DNA from: Deltaproteobacteria bacterium
Lineage (GTDB): Bacteria; Desulfobacterota; WTBG01; JAGOGO01
Reading direction: 5' to 3'
NCBI GenBank assembly: GCA_016935335.1
Contig: JAFGRE010000058.1
Coordinates: forward strand, 1 to 58,673
DNA: 58,673 bases
Shown piece after piece: positions 57,850-58,673 of the stretch (position 1 is its first letter; each line of letters opens with the position of its first letter). The notes under the pieces are model-generated. The model worked only from the letters and a program-made list of their open reading frames with translations, was not told where the DNA came from and ran no database searches. A program made the translations under genes and the position numbers.

Positions 57850-58673
57850 TTATTCTTTTGGAAAGAGTCTTAGACCAAGTTCGTTAAGCTGGCCGGTTGC
57901 GGCTTCCGAAGGAGCACCAGTTAACGGACAGGTAGCCCGCTGCGTCTTGGGGAAGGCAATAACGTCACGGATTGACTCCGCGTTTACCAGGAGCATTATC
58001 AATCTGTCTAACCCCAGCGCGATACCGCCGTGGGGCGGCGCGCCGTACTCAAGGGCCTCAAGCAGAAAACCAAACTTTTTCTGCGCCTCCTCGGCGGTAA
58101 TCCCCAATGCGTCGAACATTATTTTCTGAGTCTCCCGGCTGTGGATTCGGATACTGCCTCCTCCTATCTCGATGCCGTTAAGGACGAGATCGTAGGCCCG
58201 CGCTCTTACAGATGCGGGGTCGGTTTGAAGCTTGTTGAGATCGGCATCTACGGGGGAAGTGAAGGGGTGATGCATTGCTTCGTAGCGTTTTTCCTCATCG
58301 TTGTATTCGAGAAGAGGGAACTCGGTGATCCAAAGGAAGGAAAACTTGGAGCGATCAATCAAGTTTAGTTGCTCTCCAAGGTGTAATCGGAGACGTCCAA
58401 GCGACGCTGCTGCAGTCTTGAGTTGGTCGGCGACGAAGAGGAGCAAATCACCGGTTTGCGGCTGAAAAATATTCTGTAGTTCGGCGCGCTTCTCTTCGGA
58501 CAGGAACCTCGCGAAAGGTGACTCCCAGCCGTGGGGGGTTACTTTTATCCACACAAGGCCCTTTGCCCCGTGGATTTTTACAACCTCGGTGAGGTCGGCA
58601 AGCTGCTTGCGGGAAAAAGTGCCGCATCCTTGCGCATTGAGGCCCGCTACCATTCCACCTTGCTCGATAACCG
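57850..58673 (-). CDS. aspS: aspartate--tRNA ligase, C-terminal part (5' end lies beyond the window)
   Basis: '[10 protein letters not shown]...HHPFTSP', '[18 protein letters not shown]', '[14 protein letters not shown]', 'AFPKT'. The frame stays open to base 58673. Confidence 0.95.
   Translation of the reverse strand, partial: VIEQGGMVAGLNAQGCGTFSRKQLADLTEVVKIHGAKGLVWIKVTPHGWESPFARFLSEEKRAELQNIFQPQTGDLLLFVADQLKTAAASLGRLRLHLGEQLNLIDRSKFSFLWITEFPLLEYNDEEKRYEAMHHPFTSPVDADLNKLQTDPASVRARAYDLVLNGIEIGGGSIRIHSRETQKIMFDALGITAEEAQKKFGFLLEALEYGAPPHGGIALGLDRLIMLLVNAESIRDVIAFPKTQRATCPLTGAPSEAATGQLNELGLRLFPKE

Noticed and set aside
1-58673. Scan for tRNA, rRNA, tmRNA, RNase P, CRISPR repeats, IS elements, integrases and toxin-antitoxin or known defence genes
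   Set aside because: No T-arm-like GGTTCGAATCC-type motif occurs in intergenic DNA. There are no regularly spaced repeats and no transposase, integrase or phage-like ORFs. A by-eye scan cannot fully exclude small RNAs.

Overview
This 58.7-kb window looks like ordinary chromosome from a diderm anaerobe, since LpxC, WaaA and an outer-membrane porin are all present. Gene content (Wood-Ljungdahl genes, a DUF4390/NtrY/NtrC-type module, a Re-citrate-synthase-like enzyme, DUF1847) suggests a Desulfobacterota-like lineage, but that is a guess. All homology calls come from reading the translated ORFs and recalling family motifs; no searches were run.

I call about 50 CDSs. I found no rRNA, tRNA, CRISPR array, transposase, integrase or prophage signal.

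Main blocks:
- 1-4.3 kb: yciH, an HI0933-type flavoprotein, ygiQ and ridA.
- 4.5-11.2 kb: the least housekeeping-like stretch. It holds an orphan 427-aa protein, a 592-bp gene-free gap, a lipoprotein, a VOC protein, DUF1847, and a tightly coupled operon of a methyltransferase, an amino-acid dehydrogenase and a radical SAM enzyme.
- 11.4-15.3 kb: leuC-leuD-leuB-rsmD-coaD.
- 15.5-19.2 kb: acs plus a porin with a coiled-coil N-terminus, each followed by a clear terminator.
- 19.3-29.1 kb: a cNMP-binding protein, an NCS2-like permease, amrS, a 1133-aa class A PBP, a helical lipoprotein and waaA.
- 29.2-30.5 kb: a 448-aa protein with a C-terminal HPr domain.
- 30.9-36.1 kb: the conserved ffh-rpsP-KH-rimM-trmD-rplS-rnhB-yraN string plus a PEGA lipoprotein.
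- 36.3-46.0 kb: a Wood-Ljungdahl cluster, fhs-cooC-folD-acsD(cdhD)-acsB-acsC-acsE. No CODH catalytic subunit or MetF is present in the window.
- 46.1-50.2 kb: an orphan NuoL-like/NuoM-like pair and a small acidic protein, directly downstream of acsE.
- 50.3-58.7 kb, minus strand: a sigma-54 response regulator, an NtrY-like kinase, DUF4390, lpxC, an HMGL-family synthase with a C-terminal Cache/PAS-like domain, and partial aspS.

Best candidates for undescribed biology:
- the antiporter-like NuoL/NuoM pair attached to the acetyl-CoA pathway genes;
- the methyltransferase / Leu-Phe-dehydrogenase-like / RaSEA-like radical SAM operon;
- the large HPr-domain fusion protein;
- the sensor-domain fusion on the citrate-synthase-like enzyme.

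Several ORF-track starts appear over-extended at the N-terminus and were trimmed using RBS and family N-termini.
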